DNA from: Gammaproteobacteria bacterium
Lineage (GTDB): Bacteria; Pseudomonadota; Gammaproteobacteria; Ga0077536
DNA length: 64,000 nucleotides
Direction: 5' to 3'
Assembly (NCBI GenBank): GCA_963662545.2
Contig: CAXXLL010000003.1
Coordinates: forward strand, 64,001 to 128,000
Shown: piece by piece, positions 27,565 through 38,396 of the stretch
How the letters are laid out: each line of letters opens with the position of its first letter
How positions within the stretch are numbered: the stretch's first letter is position 1
Made by a program: the position numbers and the translations under genes
Notes under the pieces: generated by a model
What the model saw: the letters and a program-made list of their open reading frames with translations, nothing else
The model's database searches: none
What the model was told of the DNA's origin: nothing

Positions 27565-28554
27565 ATGAACAACATTCTCGTTACCGGCGGCGCGGGTTAT
27601 ATCGGCAGCCACGTCGTGAAACTGCTCGGCCGCGCCGGTCACCGGCTCGTTACCCTGGACAACCTGAGCAAGGGTCGCCGCGACGCCGTTTTGTTCGGGG
27701 AATTCGTCGTCGGCGACACCGGCAATCGGGAACTGATCTCCAGCCTGCTGCGCCGTCACCACATCGATACGGTAATGCATTTTGCGGCCTTCACGATCGT
27801 GCCGGAATCGGTAAGTGACCCGCTCAAGTATTACGCGAACAACACCTGTAACACCCGTAACCTGCTCGAATGCTGTGTCGAACATGGGATAGGTCAATTT
27901 GTCTTCTCTTCGACCGCAGCGGTCTATGGCACGACGGAAGACGGCGTCTGCGGGGAGGAAACCGTGACCGAACCGGTCAACCCGTATGGACAATCGAAAC
28001 TTCTAAGCGAGATCATGCTGGCCGACACCTGCCGTGCCCACGACATGCGCGCCGTGATCCTGCGGTATTTCAATGTCGCCGGCAGCGACCCCGAAGGAGA
28101 AATCGGGCAATCCACGCCAGGCTCCACCTTGCTGGTCAAGGTGGCCGTCGAGGCTGCGCTCGGCAAACGGGACGCGGTCCGGATCTTCGGCACGGATTAC
28201 CCGACGCCTGACGGGACCGGCGTGCGGGATTACATCCACGTGACCGATCTGGCTGCCGCGCACGTCGATGCGCTCGGATATCTGGAGTCTGGCGGGACCA
28301 CCATCACCTTGAACTGTGGCTACGGCCATGGGTACAGCGTGCGCGAGATCCTGGAAGCCGTCGGGCGCGTCGCATCGAAGCCTTTGAACCTGATCGAGAC
28401 CGACCGCCGGCCTGGAGATCCCCCGCTGCTCATTGCCAAAGCCGATCGGATCAAAGAGGCACTCGGCTGGTCACCGCGCTACGATGACCTCACCGTCATC
28501 GTCCAGACATCCATGGATTGGGAAAGAAAACTGAGTGGGGAAGGCCTCGGCTGA
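27565..28554 (+). CDS. galE: UDP-glucose 4-epimerase
   Basis: TGGAGYIGSH, FSSTAAVYG, PYGQSK, LRYFNVAG, DGTGVRDYIHV. Confidence 0.95.
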   Translation: MNNILVTGGAGYIGSHVVKLLGRAGHRLVTLDNLSKGRRDAVLFGEFVVGDTGNRELISSLLRRHHIDTVMHFAAFTIVPESVSDPLKYYANNTCNTRNLLECCVEHGIGQFVFSSTAAVYGTTEDGVCGEETVTEPVNPYGQSKLLSEIMLADTCRAHDMRAVILRYFNVAGSDPEGEIGQSTPGSTLLVKVAVEAALGKRDAVRIFGTDYPTPDGTGVRDYIHVTDLAAAHVDALGYLESGGTTITLNCGYGHGYSVREILEAVGRVASKPLNLIETDRRPGDPPLLIAKADRIKEALGWSPRYDDLTVIVQTSMDWERKLSGEGLG

Positions 28555-29372
28555 TGTTTGACTCCCGGCCTGCCACACCCTGCACTGGTCGTCGTCGACC
28601 GCCCGCATGGGTGACGCTGGTCGCCGTGTTGGCCGGAATGGCTTTGTTCACGACGTTCCCAGCCCAGGCGGAATCACCCCTCGCCGACACAGTCGAGCGG
28701 ATCAAACCGGCGATCGTGGGCGTCGGCACCTTTGCACCCCTCAGACGACCGCGCGCTAAACTGTTCGGAACCGGATTCTCCGTGGGCAACGGCCGCCTGA
28801 TTGCGACCAACCATCACGTCATAGAACTCGAACTGGATGATCAAAAGAACGAACGGCTGGTGGTCTTCGCGGGGCGCGGGCGTGAACCCGGACTGCGCGA
28901 GGCCACGGTAATGGCCATTGACCGGCGTCACGACCTGGCACTCCTTTCAATCGAGGGCGAACCGCTCCCGGCGTTTATCTTGGGCGACGATGCGGCTGTA
29001 CGCGAAGGGCAGACCGTCGCGTTCACGGGATTTCCGATCGGGGCCGTGCTCGGTCTCTATCCCGTCACCCATCGCGGCATCATTTCCGCGATAACACCGA
29101 TCGTGATCCCGGCGGACCATTCGACGCAGTTGTCGCGCGACCATATCCGAGAGCTGCGCAACCCCTACCTGGTTTTCCAGCTCGACGCCACGGCCTACCC
29201 CGGCAACAGCGGCAGCCCCGTGTACGATCAAAATGACGGCAAGGTGATCGGCGTGATCAACCAGGTCCTGGTCAAGGGCACGAAGGAAAGCGTGCTTCGC
29301 GATCCCAGTGCGATCAGCTACGCAATCCCGATACGGTATCTCCGCGAGCTTCTCGACGGCGCTCCGCAATGA
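28554..29372 (+). CDS. secreted trypsin-like serine protease
   Basis: GTGF, TNHHV (His), HDLALL (Asp), AYPGNSGSP (Ser). Confidence 0.87.
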   Translation: MFDSRPATPCTGRRRPPAWVTLVAVLAGMALFTTFPAQAESPLADTVERIKPAIVGVGTFAPLRRPRAKLFGTGFSVGNGRLIATNHHVIELELDDQKNERLVVFAGRGREPGLREATVMAIDRRHDLALLSIEGEPLPAFILGDDAAVREGQTVAFTGFPIGAVLGLYPVTHRGIISAITPIVIPADHSTQLSRDHIRELRNPYLVFQLDATAYPGNSGSPVYDQNDGKVIGVINQVLVKGTKESVLRDPSAISYAIPIRYLRELLDGAPQ

Positions 29373-29438
29373 GCAGGCAGCCTCGCCGCAGCAACCGCGA
29401 GTATCATCGGACCGGCATTGACGCGCTGCAGACCTAAC

Positions 29439-31031
29439 ATGGCGTATCTGCTTCACGATACCCTCTATGAGACTGCGTCACGGGAACCCTCCCGAGAGAT
29501 CCTTGTGCATGACAAGCATGGCGCGATCGACGCGGCGGCGTTCTACCGAGAAGTCGTCCGTCTGGCCGGCGAACTGCGCGCCGCAGGCGTCGTACCGAAC
29601 GACCGCGTCGCCGTTTACTTGCCGAAGATCCCGCTGAGCGCGTATGCGTTCTACGCCGCCGCGTCGGCCGGCGGCGTATTCGTGCCGGTAAACCCGGTGC
29701 TGAAACCAGCGCAGGTCAGCCACATCCTGAACGACTGCGAGGTCCGAATCCTCGTCACCAGCCCTGAGCGGCTGAATCAACTACAAGACGTTATTGCCCA
29801 TACCCCGAGCCTCGTCCGGATCATCCTGTCCGAGCATCCCGCCAGTGATGCGATCTGCCCGGTCCCCTGGTCCTGCTGGCCTGCTACCGCGCCCGCTCCC
29901 CTGGAACCTCCCGATCTCCCGTTGCGGCTAGACAACGACATGGCGGCCATCCTGTACACGTCCGGCAGTACCGGCAAGCCGAAAGGCGTGATCATCTCGC
30001 ACCGAAACATCGTCGATGGCGCGCGGAGCGTCGCGCAGTATCTCGGCATCACTGAGCACGACCGCCTTCTCGCCGTGCTGCCGTTCAGCTTCGATTACGG
30101 ACTGAACCAACTGACCACAGCCGTACTGAAGGGCGCCACCTGCGTCTTGCTCGATTACCTGCTGCCGAGGGACGTGTTGAAAGCGGTGGAACGCCATCGC
30201 ATCACGGGACTCGCTGCGGTCCCTCCCCTTTGGGCGCAGCTCGCGCCGTTGGAATGGCCGGACGCAGCGCAGCGGAGCCTCCGCTACATCACCAACTCCG
30301 GCGGCGCGATGCCCGACGCTGTACTGTCGCGCCTGCGCGATAAGCTGCCCGATACCGAGCCGTACCTGATGTACGGCCTGACCGAGGCGTTTCGTTCGAC
30401 CTTCCTGCCACCAGATAAGATCGATGAGCGCAAAGGCTCGATGGGCAAGGCGATTCCGAATGCCGAAATCATAGTCATGCGTCCGGACGGCACGCCGGCC
30501 GCGCCGAATGAACCCGGCGAATTGGTGCACCGCGGCGCGCTTGTGGCCCTCGGATACTGGAACGATCCGGAACGGACCGCGACGCGCTTCAAGCCCGCAC
30601 CGGGCCAGCCGGAGGGCATTACGGTCCCGGAAATCGCCGTATGGTCTGGCGATACGGTGCGCAAGGACGAAGACGGTTACCTGTATTTCGTCGGCCGTAG
30701 CGATGCCATGATCAAGACCTCCGGGTACCGCGTCAGTCCGGACGAGATCGAGGAAGTGGTGTCTGCGCTGGAAGGCATCGAAATCACCGCCGCGCTCGGC
30801 GTTCCACACCCCGACCTCGGGCAGGCCATCGTTCTGGTCGTTTGTGTCACCGATGGTGCCGACCTCGACGAGGCGTACATCGCTTCGGCATGTCGCCGCG
30901 CACTGCCCAACTTCATGGTGCCCGCTCGTATCGTATTGCGGGACGAGATGCCGCAGAACCCGAACGGCAAAGTCAACCGGCAACAGCTACGCAGCGACTA
31001 TGCTAGCCTTTTCGAGCCAGCCGAGGACTGA
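29439..31031 (+). CDS. AMP-forming acyl ligase, exosortase A system-associated
   Basis: ILYTSGSTGKPKGV, MYGLTEAFRST, IKTSGYRVSP, NPNGK. Confidence 0.9.
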   Translation: MAYLLHDTLYETASREPSREILVHDKHGAIDAAAFYREVVRLAGELRAAGVVPNDRVAVYLPKIPLSAYAFYAAASAGGVFVPVNPVLKPAQVSHILNDCEVRILVTSPERLNQLQDVIAHTPSLVRIILSEHPASDAICPVPWSCWPATAPAPLEPPDLPLRLDNDMAAILYTSGSTGKPKGVIISHRNIVDGARSVAQYLGITEHDRLLAVLPFSFDYGLNQLTTAVLKGATCVLLDYLLPRDVLKAVERHRITGLAAVPPLWAQLAPLEWPDAAQRSLRYITNSGGAMPDAVLSRLRDKLPDTEPYLMYGLTEAFRSTFLPPDKIDERKGSMGKAIPNAEIIVMRPDGTPAAPNEPGELVHRGALVALGYWNDPERTATRFKPAPGQPEGITVPEIAVWSGDTVRKDEDGYLYFVGRSDAMIKTSGYRVSPDEIEEVVSALEGIEITAALGVPHPDLGQAIVLVVCVTDGADLDEAYIASACRRALPNFMVPARIVLRDEMPQNPNGKVNRQQLRSDYASLFEPAED

Positions 31032-31044
31032 CCGGCCGAACGTT

Positions 31045-32280
31045 ATGAGCAAGCTAAAAAATACCCATGCAAAGCTTGGGGCTCTTCAGGCGGAGGACGG
31101 AAGCCTACTCGTCAATGGCATTCCGATCGAGTTGATCGCCGAACGGGTCGGGCAAACACCATTTTACGTCTACGACCGCGCGGCCATTACGGCCCGGGTG
31201 GCGGAACTCAGGGCAGCACTTCCAAGTTTGGTGAAACTGCATTACGCGATCAAGGCCAATCCGATGCCTGCCGTCGTCGCACACATGAAGCCTTTGGTCG
31301 ATGGTTTCGACGTCGCCTCCCATCGCGAAATGCTCGTTGCGCTCGACAGCGGTATGCAGGCGTCGGAAATCAGCTTTGCGGGACCGGCAAAACGCGAACC
31401 GGAGCTACGCGCGGCTATTGCCGCCGGGATCTGCATCAACTGCGAATCGGAGACCGAACTCGAACGCATAGAGGTCCAATCCGAACAACTCGGGATACAG
31501 CCGCGGGTGGCACTGCGCGTGAATCCCGCCTTCGAACTCAAGGGGTCCGGCATGAAAATGGCCGGCAGCCCGAAACAGTTCGGGATCGACGCGGCGCGCA
31601 TCCCGGCGGCGATGCGCCGGGCGAAAGAAGCCGGTCTCGGTTTCGAAGGTCTGCACATTTACTGCGGGTCGCAGAACCTGAACGCCGATTCGATCATCGA
31701 AGCAAACCTGCGTACCGTCGAACTGGCCTGCCGATTGCAGGACGAGACCGGCATCGCTCTCGAATTCATCAACATCGGCGGCGGTTACGGTATCCCCTAT
31801 TTCCCAGGCGAGCTGGCGTTGGGCCTGGCAAAAGTGGGAGAGGCACTCGGCAGGACGCTGGATGCCAACGCAGTGGGCCTGGCCGACACCGAAATCGTCG
31901 TCGAGCTGGGCAGATTTCTCGTCGGCGAGGCCGGCTACTACGTCACCCGCGTGACCGACATCAAGGAATCCCAGGGCCACGGCTTCGTAATGGTGGACGG
32001 GGGGCTGCATCATCACCTCGCGAACTCGGGCAACTTCGGGCAGATCCTGCGCAAAAACTACCCCGTCGTCATCGGCAACAAGCTGGGAGGCACGGCGGGG
32101 GGTACCGTATCCGTCGTCGGTCCCCTGTGTACTCCCCTCGACATCGTTGCCGACAAGGTCCAGTTACCGTCAGTCGAACTCGGCGACCTGATTGTCGTGC
32201 TGCAGTCGGGAGCCTATGGCTACACAGCCAGCCCGCATCTCTTTCTCAGCCACCCCGTTCCGTTGGAATTGCTGGTCTAG
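31045..32280 (+). CDS. PLP-dependent decarboxylase (LysA-like), exosortase A system-associated
   Basis: TPFYVYD, YAIKANP, FAGPAK, NIGGGYG, ELGRFLV, GPLCTPLD, SGAYG. Confidence 0.9.
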   Translation: MSKLKNTHAKLGALQAEDGSLLVNGIPIELIAERVGQTPFYVYDRAAITARVAELRAALPSLVKLHYAIKANPMPAVVAHMKPLVDGFDVASHREMLVALDSGMQASEISFAGPAKREPELRAAIAAGICINCESETELERIEVQSEQLGIQPRVALRVNPAFELKGSGMKMAGSPKQFGIDAARIPAAMRRAKEAGLGFEGLHIYCGSQNLNADSIIEANLRTVELACRLQDETGIALEFINIGGGYGIPYFPGELALGLAKVGEALGRTLDANAVGLADTEIVVELGRFLVGEAGYYVTRVTDIKESQGHGFVMVDGGLHHHLANSGNFGQILRKNYPVVIGNKLGGTAGGTVSVVGPLCTPLDIVADKVQLPSVELGDLIVVLQSGAYGYTASPHLFLSHPVPLELLV

Positions 32281-32488
32281 GGCCTGCACTGACCGGGCTA
32301 CGGGCTTTCCCCCCCCAGTAGGATCCGATGACGGCAGCACGCGTCGACTTGCTGTAGTTGAAGGGTGTCACAGATGGTGTCCTTAGCCTTGGTGAACAGA
32401 GCTTACTGCTATACTGCGGCGGCTTAAAAATACGCCCCGACACCGAATCCGCACCGCTGAATATCCACCCGAACGAAGCGCCCGAATC

Positions 32489-33634
32489 GTGAGCGTGCAA
32501 CATCCAGCCCAAAAGCGAACGATCGCCCTGAGCGTTCCAAAGCTCGGCGAGGAAGAATGGCTCGCGCTGAAGGCGCCCCTCGAATCGGGCTGGCTCACGC
32601 AAGGGCCATGCGTCGAGGCCTTCGAAGCGGCTTTCGCCGCCCGCCATTCCGTAAAACACGCTATCGCCGTGACGAGCGGTACGACCGCGCTACACGTCGC
32701 GCTTGCTGCCGCCGGCATCGGACCCGGGGACGAGGTCATTGTGCCCGCTTTCACCTGGGTGGCAACGCCGAACGCGGTGATCTACGCCGGAGCAACTGCG
32801 GTTTTCGCCGACGTTCTCCCGAACACCTACAACATCGACCCGGCCGAAGTGCAAAAACGCCTGACCGAACGCACAAAAGCCGTGATCGCGGTGCATCTCT
32901 TCGGGCTGTGTGCAGACATGGATGGTCTGCGCAGCGTTGTTCCCGAAGACGTCATGATTATCGAGGACGCGGCCTGCGCCGCCGGCGCGGCGTATCGCGA
33001 CGTGTCAGCCGGAAGCATGGGAAAGGCGGGATGCTTTAGTTTTCATCCTCGCAAGTCGATGACAACCGGAGAAGGTGGAATGGTTACGACGAACGATGAC
33101 GAGATCGCCGTCGCGTCCCGTTCGTTGCGCAATCACGGCGCGGAGGCCACCAGCGGTACAGTGTATCCACACACCATGCCCGAATTTCCGCGCTTGGGGT
33201 TCAACTATCGCATGACCGAACTGCAGGCGGCCGTCGGACGGGTGCAATTGACGAAACTCGACGGATTCATCGACGAGCGCGCGTCGTGGGCCCAAGTCTA
33301 CCGAGAGGAACTTGGGTCGCTTGGCTGGCTTACGCTTCCGCATTCCGACGCACGAGACCGGCACGCGTGGCAGGCTTTCGTTACCGTGGTCAATGAAGAC
33401 TCGTCGCCGACGACTCGCAACGAATTGATGCAAGATCTGAATTCCTCCGGCATTGCAACGCGACCCGGTACGCACGCGGTAACGGAATTGGCCTACTACA
33501 GAAAACTCGGCGTCGATCCATCGGCTTATCCGGTGGCGCGCGCCCTTCACCATCGCTCGATGGCAATTCCGATGCACAATCGGATGTCCGCAGATGATTA
33601 TCAATACGTTATTGACACGCTTCGACCCCTCTGA
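32489..33634 (+). CDS. DegT/DnrJ/EryC1 sugar aminotransferase
   Basis: SGTTALH, IEDAACA, FSFHPRKSMTTGEGG, GFNYRMTE. Confidence 0.92.
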   Translation: MSVQHPAQKRTIALSVPKLGEEEWLALKAPLESGWLTQGPCVEAFEAAFAARHSVKHAIAVTSGTTALHVALAAAGIGPGDEVIVPAFTWVATPNAVIYAGATAVFADVLPNTYNIDPAEVQKRLTERTKAVIAVHLFGLCADMDGLRSVVPEDVMIIEDAACAAGAAYRDVSAGSMGKAGCFSFHPRKSMTTGEGGMVTTNDDEIAVASRSLRNHGAEATSGTVYPHTMPEFPRLGFNYRMTELQAAVGRVQLTKLDGFIDERASWAQVYREELGSLGWLTLPHSDARDRHAWQAFVTVVNEDSSPTTRNELMQDLNSSGIATRPGTHAVTELAYYRKLGVDPSAYPVARALHHRSMAIPMHNRMSADDYQYVIDTLRPL

Positions 33635-33682
33635 ATCATAAGTCAAAACCATAATCATTCTGGCGAAGGTTTGCTGAATATC

Positions 33683-34699
33683 ATGGCCAAGTACTTCATT
33701 ACCGGTGGCGCGGGTTTCATCGCGAACGCGATCATGCACCGGCTCGTCGACGACAACGAAATCTTCGTCTACGACAATTTTTACCGCGATACGCTGTCGG
33801 CGAGCACGCTGAATGGTCACCCGAACATCGAAGTCATCCGGGGCGGCGTCCTCGATCTCGATCTGCTGACGAAATCCGTCGAGGAGGCCGATGTGATCAT
33901 TCATGCTGCCGGCATCGCGGGCATTGATACAGTCATCAAGGATCCGGTGAAGACGATGAGGGTCAACATGATCGGCACCGCGAACATGCTGGAGGCGGCG
34001 ACCTGCGCTGGCGTGTCCGGTCGAATCATCGATTTTTCGACTTCGGAAGTGTTCGGCCCGATGGCTTTCCGTTCAAGCGAAGAAGATGCGACCGTCGCCG
34101 GATCCGCGGGCGAAGCACGTTGGACTTATTCGGTGAGCAAGCTTGCCGGTGAGCACCTTGCGAAGGCCTACCACACCAGGGACGGCCTGCCCGTCGTCAC
34201 CGTCAGGCCATTCAACGTTTACGGACCCGGCCAGACCGGCGAAGGTGCCATACAGATCTTTATCAAACGGGCTCTCAAGGGTGAAGATATTCAGATCCAC
34301 GGGGATGGAAACCAGATCCGAGCCTGGTGTTACATCGAAGATTTCGTCGACTGCATCATGCGATGCATGGATAATCCGGCTGCGATCGGCGAGAGCTTCA
34401 ACATCGGAAATGCCCGGGCGGTGATCACGATCCTCGGGTTGGCTCAGGTCGTTTGCCGGGTACTCGACTCCAAATCCACCATTGAATTCGTCCCGGCGCT
34501 GTCCGCCGATATCGCGATCCGGATTCCGAGCGTGGAGAAAGCGTACGACCTGCTCGGGTTCAAGGCGCAGGTCGACCTCGAGGAAGGCGTCGAGAAAACT
34601 GCCAAGTGGATGCTGCAACTAGGTAACTGCTCCGAATATAGAACCATATACACGCTTGTCATTTTTGCGGCCGGATCCGAAAACATCTTGGTCCGCTGA
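33683..34699 (+). CDS. NAD-dependent nucleotide-sugar epimerase/dehydratase
   Basis: [34 protein letters not shown]. Confidence 0.9.
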   Translation: MAKYFITGGAGFIANAIMHRLVDDNEIFVYDNFYRDTLSASTLNGHPNIEVIRGGVLDLDLLTKSVEEADVIIHAAGIAGIDTVIKDPVKTMRVNMIGTANMLEAATCAGVSGRIIDFSTSEVFGPMAFRSSEEDATVAGSAGEARWTYSVSKLAGEHLAKAYHTRDGLPVVTVRPFNVYGPGQTGEGAIQIFIKRALKGEDIQIHGDGNQIRAWCYIEDFVDCIMRCMDNPAAIGESFNIGNARAVITILGLAQVVCRVLDSKSTIEFVPALSADIAIRIPSVEKAYDLLGFKAQVDLEEGVEKTAKWMLQLGNCSEYRTIYTLVIFAAGSENILVR

Positions 34700-34747
34700 A
34701 CGCGATTTTTTCACTCGACGGACCCATCTAAATAATGCGTGTAAATA

Positions 34748-35947
34748 ATGCGTGAAGATATTGATATTCTGCTGCTCGCCCACACAGACTGGTATGGATT
34801 GGGCAATCCTGCTCGAGCGATGGCGACAGCCCTGGCCCGAAATGGCTGGCACATATTTTTTAGCCGAGGCGTTTATTACTCGTGGGAAGTTTTCGATGAG
34901 CACTGGTCGTCATCGCCCTTTTTCACCCGGATTGATGAGGTCCATGGCGTTCGGGTCCACGTGCCCGGCAAATTCCCGTTTCGATGGCCGCGCTTCGAAC
35001 GGTTCGAATCATGGGTAATGAAACATGAATGTTCCAAGCTGTTTCCTCGCAGTTCAGAGCCGGCGAAACGCCGGATTACCCTGGTGCTGCACCCGAAATT
35101 CGGGAGCTTCCTCCCGTATCTGGCCTGTGACGATGTGATTTATTGGGCAGTCGACCTGCTCCGAGCACAACCTGATTACGACGATGCTTCGGAACAAGCG
35201 CACCGGCACATGATGGCCCAGGCAGATATGCTTCTTGCAGCCAGTAGGAGTGTTGGAGCGCTTGCATTCGACGAACACTTCGAACCCGATCATGTTCTAC
35301 GAAGTGGCGTTGATGTAGAACTGGTCATTGCTGCCGCGGATGCGCCGCCGCCCGCAGATCTCGAGGATATCCCCCACCCAAGAATCGGCTACATAGGCGC
35401 GATTAATCAAAAAGTCGACCTTCGGATCGTTGCGCATGTCGCCCGTGCCCGTCCCGATTGGCATTGGGTCATAATTGGTCCGTTAAATATTGGTCCCCCA
35501 CTTCCAAACGTCGACGACGTCACGAACGCATGGCTAGAATGTGAGCGTTTGGATAATGTGCACTGGTTAGGACCGCGTCCGTTTGCAGACGTTCCGCGGT
35601 ACTTGAACAACATGGACGTCAACACGATCTGCTACCGGCTCGACATCGGCAATTGGACGAAAACCGCATACCCTTTTAAAGTCCATGAATGCCTTGCCGC
35701 AGGAAAACCCGTTGTATCGTCTCGACTGCCGGAGCTCCTGATCCACGACGACGTAATAGAATTTGCCGAAACGCCCGAAGAATGGCTCGCAGCAGTTGCG
35801 CGTGCATTGGACGCCCCCGCCGACGACCGCGAAGCACGGCTCGCCGTCGCGAAACAGAACACCTGGGACAAGCGGGTCAAGGAATTAACGACGCCTATAT
35901 CACGAGGACCCATTGCGGTCGCTCATCCTCGTAGAACGCCACGATAA
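34748..35947 (+). CDS. glycosyltransferase (GT-B, TuaH-like); extreme C-terminus collides with the wzx remnant
   Basis: PRIGYIGAI..KVD, NVHWLGPRP, PFKVHECLAAGKPVVSS, NTWDKRV. Confidence 0.82.
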   Translation: MREDIDILLLAHTDWYGLGNPARAMATALARNGWHIFFSRGVYYSWEVFDEHWSSSPFFTRIDEVHGVRVHVPGKFPFRWPRFERFESWVMKHECSKLFPRSSEPAKRRITLVLHPKFGSFLPYLACDDVIYWAVDLLRAQPDYDDASEQAHRHMMAQADMLLAASRSVGALAFDEHFEPDHVLRSGVDVELVIAAADAPPPADLEDIPHPRIGYIGAINQKVDLRIVAHVARARPDWHWVIIGPLNIGPPLPNVDDVTNAWLECERLDNVHWLGPRPFADVPRYLNNMDVNTICYRLDIGNWTKTAYPFKVHECLAAGKPVVSSRLPELLIHDDVIEFAETPEEWLAAVARALDAPADDREARLAVAKQNTWDKRVKELTTPISRGPIAVAHPRRTPR

Positions 35948-36251
35948 AGGGCGACACGGCCAAGAGCGTTACACACGCGATCCCGCCGAACAGGACGTTG
36001 AACGTCCACGCCGTATCGTAGTGGCGTGCGGTGACGTCCTGCTTTTGAATCAGGACGGTGTCGAAACCGAAGTCACCGAACAACTCGATCATCGCGAACA
36101 TGGCCATCGCGATTGCGACGATCCCGAAATCGTCAGGGGTCAGCAATCGCGCGAGGATCATCGTGCTTACGAGCCCGAGCGCCCGAACCGACATCCGTAA
36201 CAACACCATCCACGCGGCCCCGCGAGCGACGGCGCTGCCTAGGTCCTGCAT
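35895..36251 (-). pseudogene. truncated Wzx polysaccharide flippase (N-terminal 118 aa)
   Basis: GAAWMV, ILARLLTPDDFGIVA, TAWTFN, FYED, then a stop at about a quarter of normal length. Confidence 0.85.
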
Positions 36252-36397
36252 TTTCGCCGCGACGCAGTTTTAATGTTCATTTCACGCTTTGCGCTCACAT
36301 GGCCCGGCGTTGGGGTTTCAGATTCCTCGCGTTTTCATGCTCGAACAGACAACCGCTCGGCGAGGACGAAAATACCACGCCCAGATAGGGTCGTCTT

Positions 36398-36890
36398 TCA
36401 CATCCTATTGTCGAATTCGAATGCGCCCGCTTCGGGTGATTCGTCATGCTGCCTGGCGCGTGTAGATACAGGGTGACGGTATTCTGCGTGCGGGACAATT
36501 TTAAGGTCTGCGGTGTCTTCAAGGCCGACACCGGCATCTATGGCAGGCGAATTCTCCCGCAAACGGTAGTCGAGCCTGCCGCGGTTTTGCACCGGCGCGT
36601 CCTTTACGATGCGATTATCCCGGCTACCGGGCAAGCCCCCCCAGGGCGTCCCCTCCGAACAGCGGTATCCGGCCCCACGCGAACACGTTGCCGGCGGCGA
36701 AAGCACCGCCCCGTATCACCTTACCCCTACCGATCTGTAGGTCATTGTGCAAGAACGCCGTTGCCCCGGTCGGATTGGAGAAAAAGTCACCGTCATGGCG
36801 ATCGTTTACGATCGTATTATGGATTACGATAAATGCGTCCTTCCCCGATAGGCCGTCGGAGACGAACGCGATTCCGTCAAACGTTTCTGG
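36398..36890 (-). pseudogene. frameshifted C-terminal fragment paralogous to the adjacent beta-helix protein
   Basis: Frame 1 ...IHNTIVNDRHDGDF...GNVF...DALGG; frame 2 ...DYRLRENSPAIDAG...AGAFEF. These align with VNNTLVSDRRDANF...DYRLQGGSPAIDIG...VGAFEY. Frameshift lies in the G7 run at 36636-36642. Confidence 0.78.
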
Positions 36891-36956
36891 TTACACTGCG
36901 AACCCTCACCGATTCCTGAGCCACCCCGAGCCGCTCGACGCACTCATTTAGACTTT

Positions 36957-38396
36957 CTAGGATCCGTACTCGAACGCACCCACATCAAGCGGGCCTGCCT
37001 GCTCTCGAGGCACGGCAGAAAGCGGGGCCGAATACTCATACTCTGGGAACACGTCAAGCGAATTCGTCGGATCTAGCTCGACGCCAATGTCGATCGCGGG
37101 CGAGCCACCCTGCAAGCGGTAATCGTAAGCATCCCGGTTGACGACATGGACATCGGCGGCGTAGTGGTTCAATTCGCTACCCAAAACACCGCCAAGTGAT
37201 TCATCAAAGCCACCAAGAAATCCGCCTCGGCGATCCACTAAATTACCCCGAAGTATTGCCGTGCCCTCGATTGGCTTCGCTTCGCCAATCATTAGGTTGT
37301 TGTATATGTGAATTATCTCGCCGGAGTGATTGTAAATGAAATTGGCGTCCCGCCGATCGCTAACGAGTGTGTTGTTTACGACGAAAAGTTCATTGACGTC
37401 CCAAATCATCCCCTCCGGTGCATAAGTGATCAATGTATAATTTTCGGTTGCAGGCCCCTGTTGCAAGACATTGCCGACGACAACCGCGCGACCGCCCGCC
37501 GAAAGATCAATCGAATAGTTGCTTCGCCCTCTCGGTTCATCGACGATCCTGTTGTAGAGGATGCTGGACTCGCGTGCACGGCTTTTCACGGCGGATCCGA
37601 CTATCGTTTCATGCACATAAGTGAATTTCAGTTCGAAACTCGCAATCGATCCGATGTAAATCTGGTGTGCTTGGCCCGACGGGTGGCCGTTGCGGGCAAA
37701 CTCGGAATGCTCAATGACAACCGAATTGTCCGGCTCGTTGCTTGCCATCAGGCCAGACTCGTTGTCATGGAAGAAACACGACACCACCCGCAGATGCCGA
37801 CCTTCTGCACGAATCCCGGCGCCATTTCTGTCGCGGCTGCGGGCATACGAAAACTCGATGTTCTCGATTCTGACATTGTCACCGGAAACGATCCAAATTG
37901 CCTTGTGCTGGACGAGCGTGGCACCCCTCGCATCGAGCCGGGCGACCCCACCGACCGCGCGAATGAGCAGATCGTCAGCAACCCACACCGCGCTGTCTCC
38001 GCGGTATGTACCCGCCGCAATTTCGATCCGATCGCCTTTTCTAGCCGCGCGTGCTGCCTGGCTGGGAAGCGAATAGTCCCCTCCGGGTCCGACCTGTAAT
38101 ACCCGTCCGTAACCCTGGCTCTCGCTCGTCGCATCGGGCACAGCGCGAAAGCGAAAAACGTCCGGTAGGGCCTCCCCGAGCATCGCTTCGACGCGCTGCT
38201 CGCGGCGTGTCTCGATACTCTTCGCTTCTGATCGAACCATGGCGAGGGACTGACGAGCGACGGATATCGCGTATTCAAGAGTCCGCACCGGCCCCGATAG
38301 AAACGCAGCTACAAGCAGGACCACCAAGACGAGATGCGCAGCGAGCGCAAGCAGGACCAGATACCAGCGAAAGTAATGGAAAAAACGGCTAAGCAT
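36957..38396 (-). CDS. membrane-anchored right-handed beta-helix (pectate lyase-like) protein
   Basis: N-terminal TM; GDRIEIAAGTY, NGAGIRAEG, FHDNESG, HQIYIG, KSRA, SPAIDIG, DVGAFE. Confidence 0.82.
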   Translation of the reverse strand: MLSRFFHYFRWYLVLLALAAHLVLVVLLVAAFLSGPVRTLEYAISVARQSLAMVRSEAKSIETRREQRVEAMLGEALPDVFRFRAVPDATSESQGYGRVLQVGPGGDYSLPSQAARAARKGDRIEIAAGTYRGDSAVWVADDLLIRAVGGVARLDARGATLVQHKAIWIVSGDNVRIENIEFSYARSRDRNGAGIRAEGRHLRVVSCFFHDNESGLMASNEPDNSVVIEHSEFARNGHPSGQAHQIYIGSIASFELKFTYVHETIVGSAVKSRARESSILYNRIVDEPRGRSNYSIDLSAGGRAVVVGNVLQQGPATENYTLITYAPEGMIWDVNELFVVNNTLVSDRRDANFIYNHSGEIIHIYNNLMIGEAKPIEGTAILRGNLVDRRGGFLGGFDESLGGVLGSELNHYAADVHVVNRDAYDYRLQGGSPAIDIGVELDPTNSLDVFPEYEYSAPLSAVPREQAGPLDVGAFEYGS

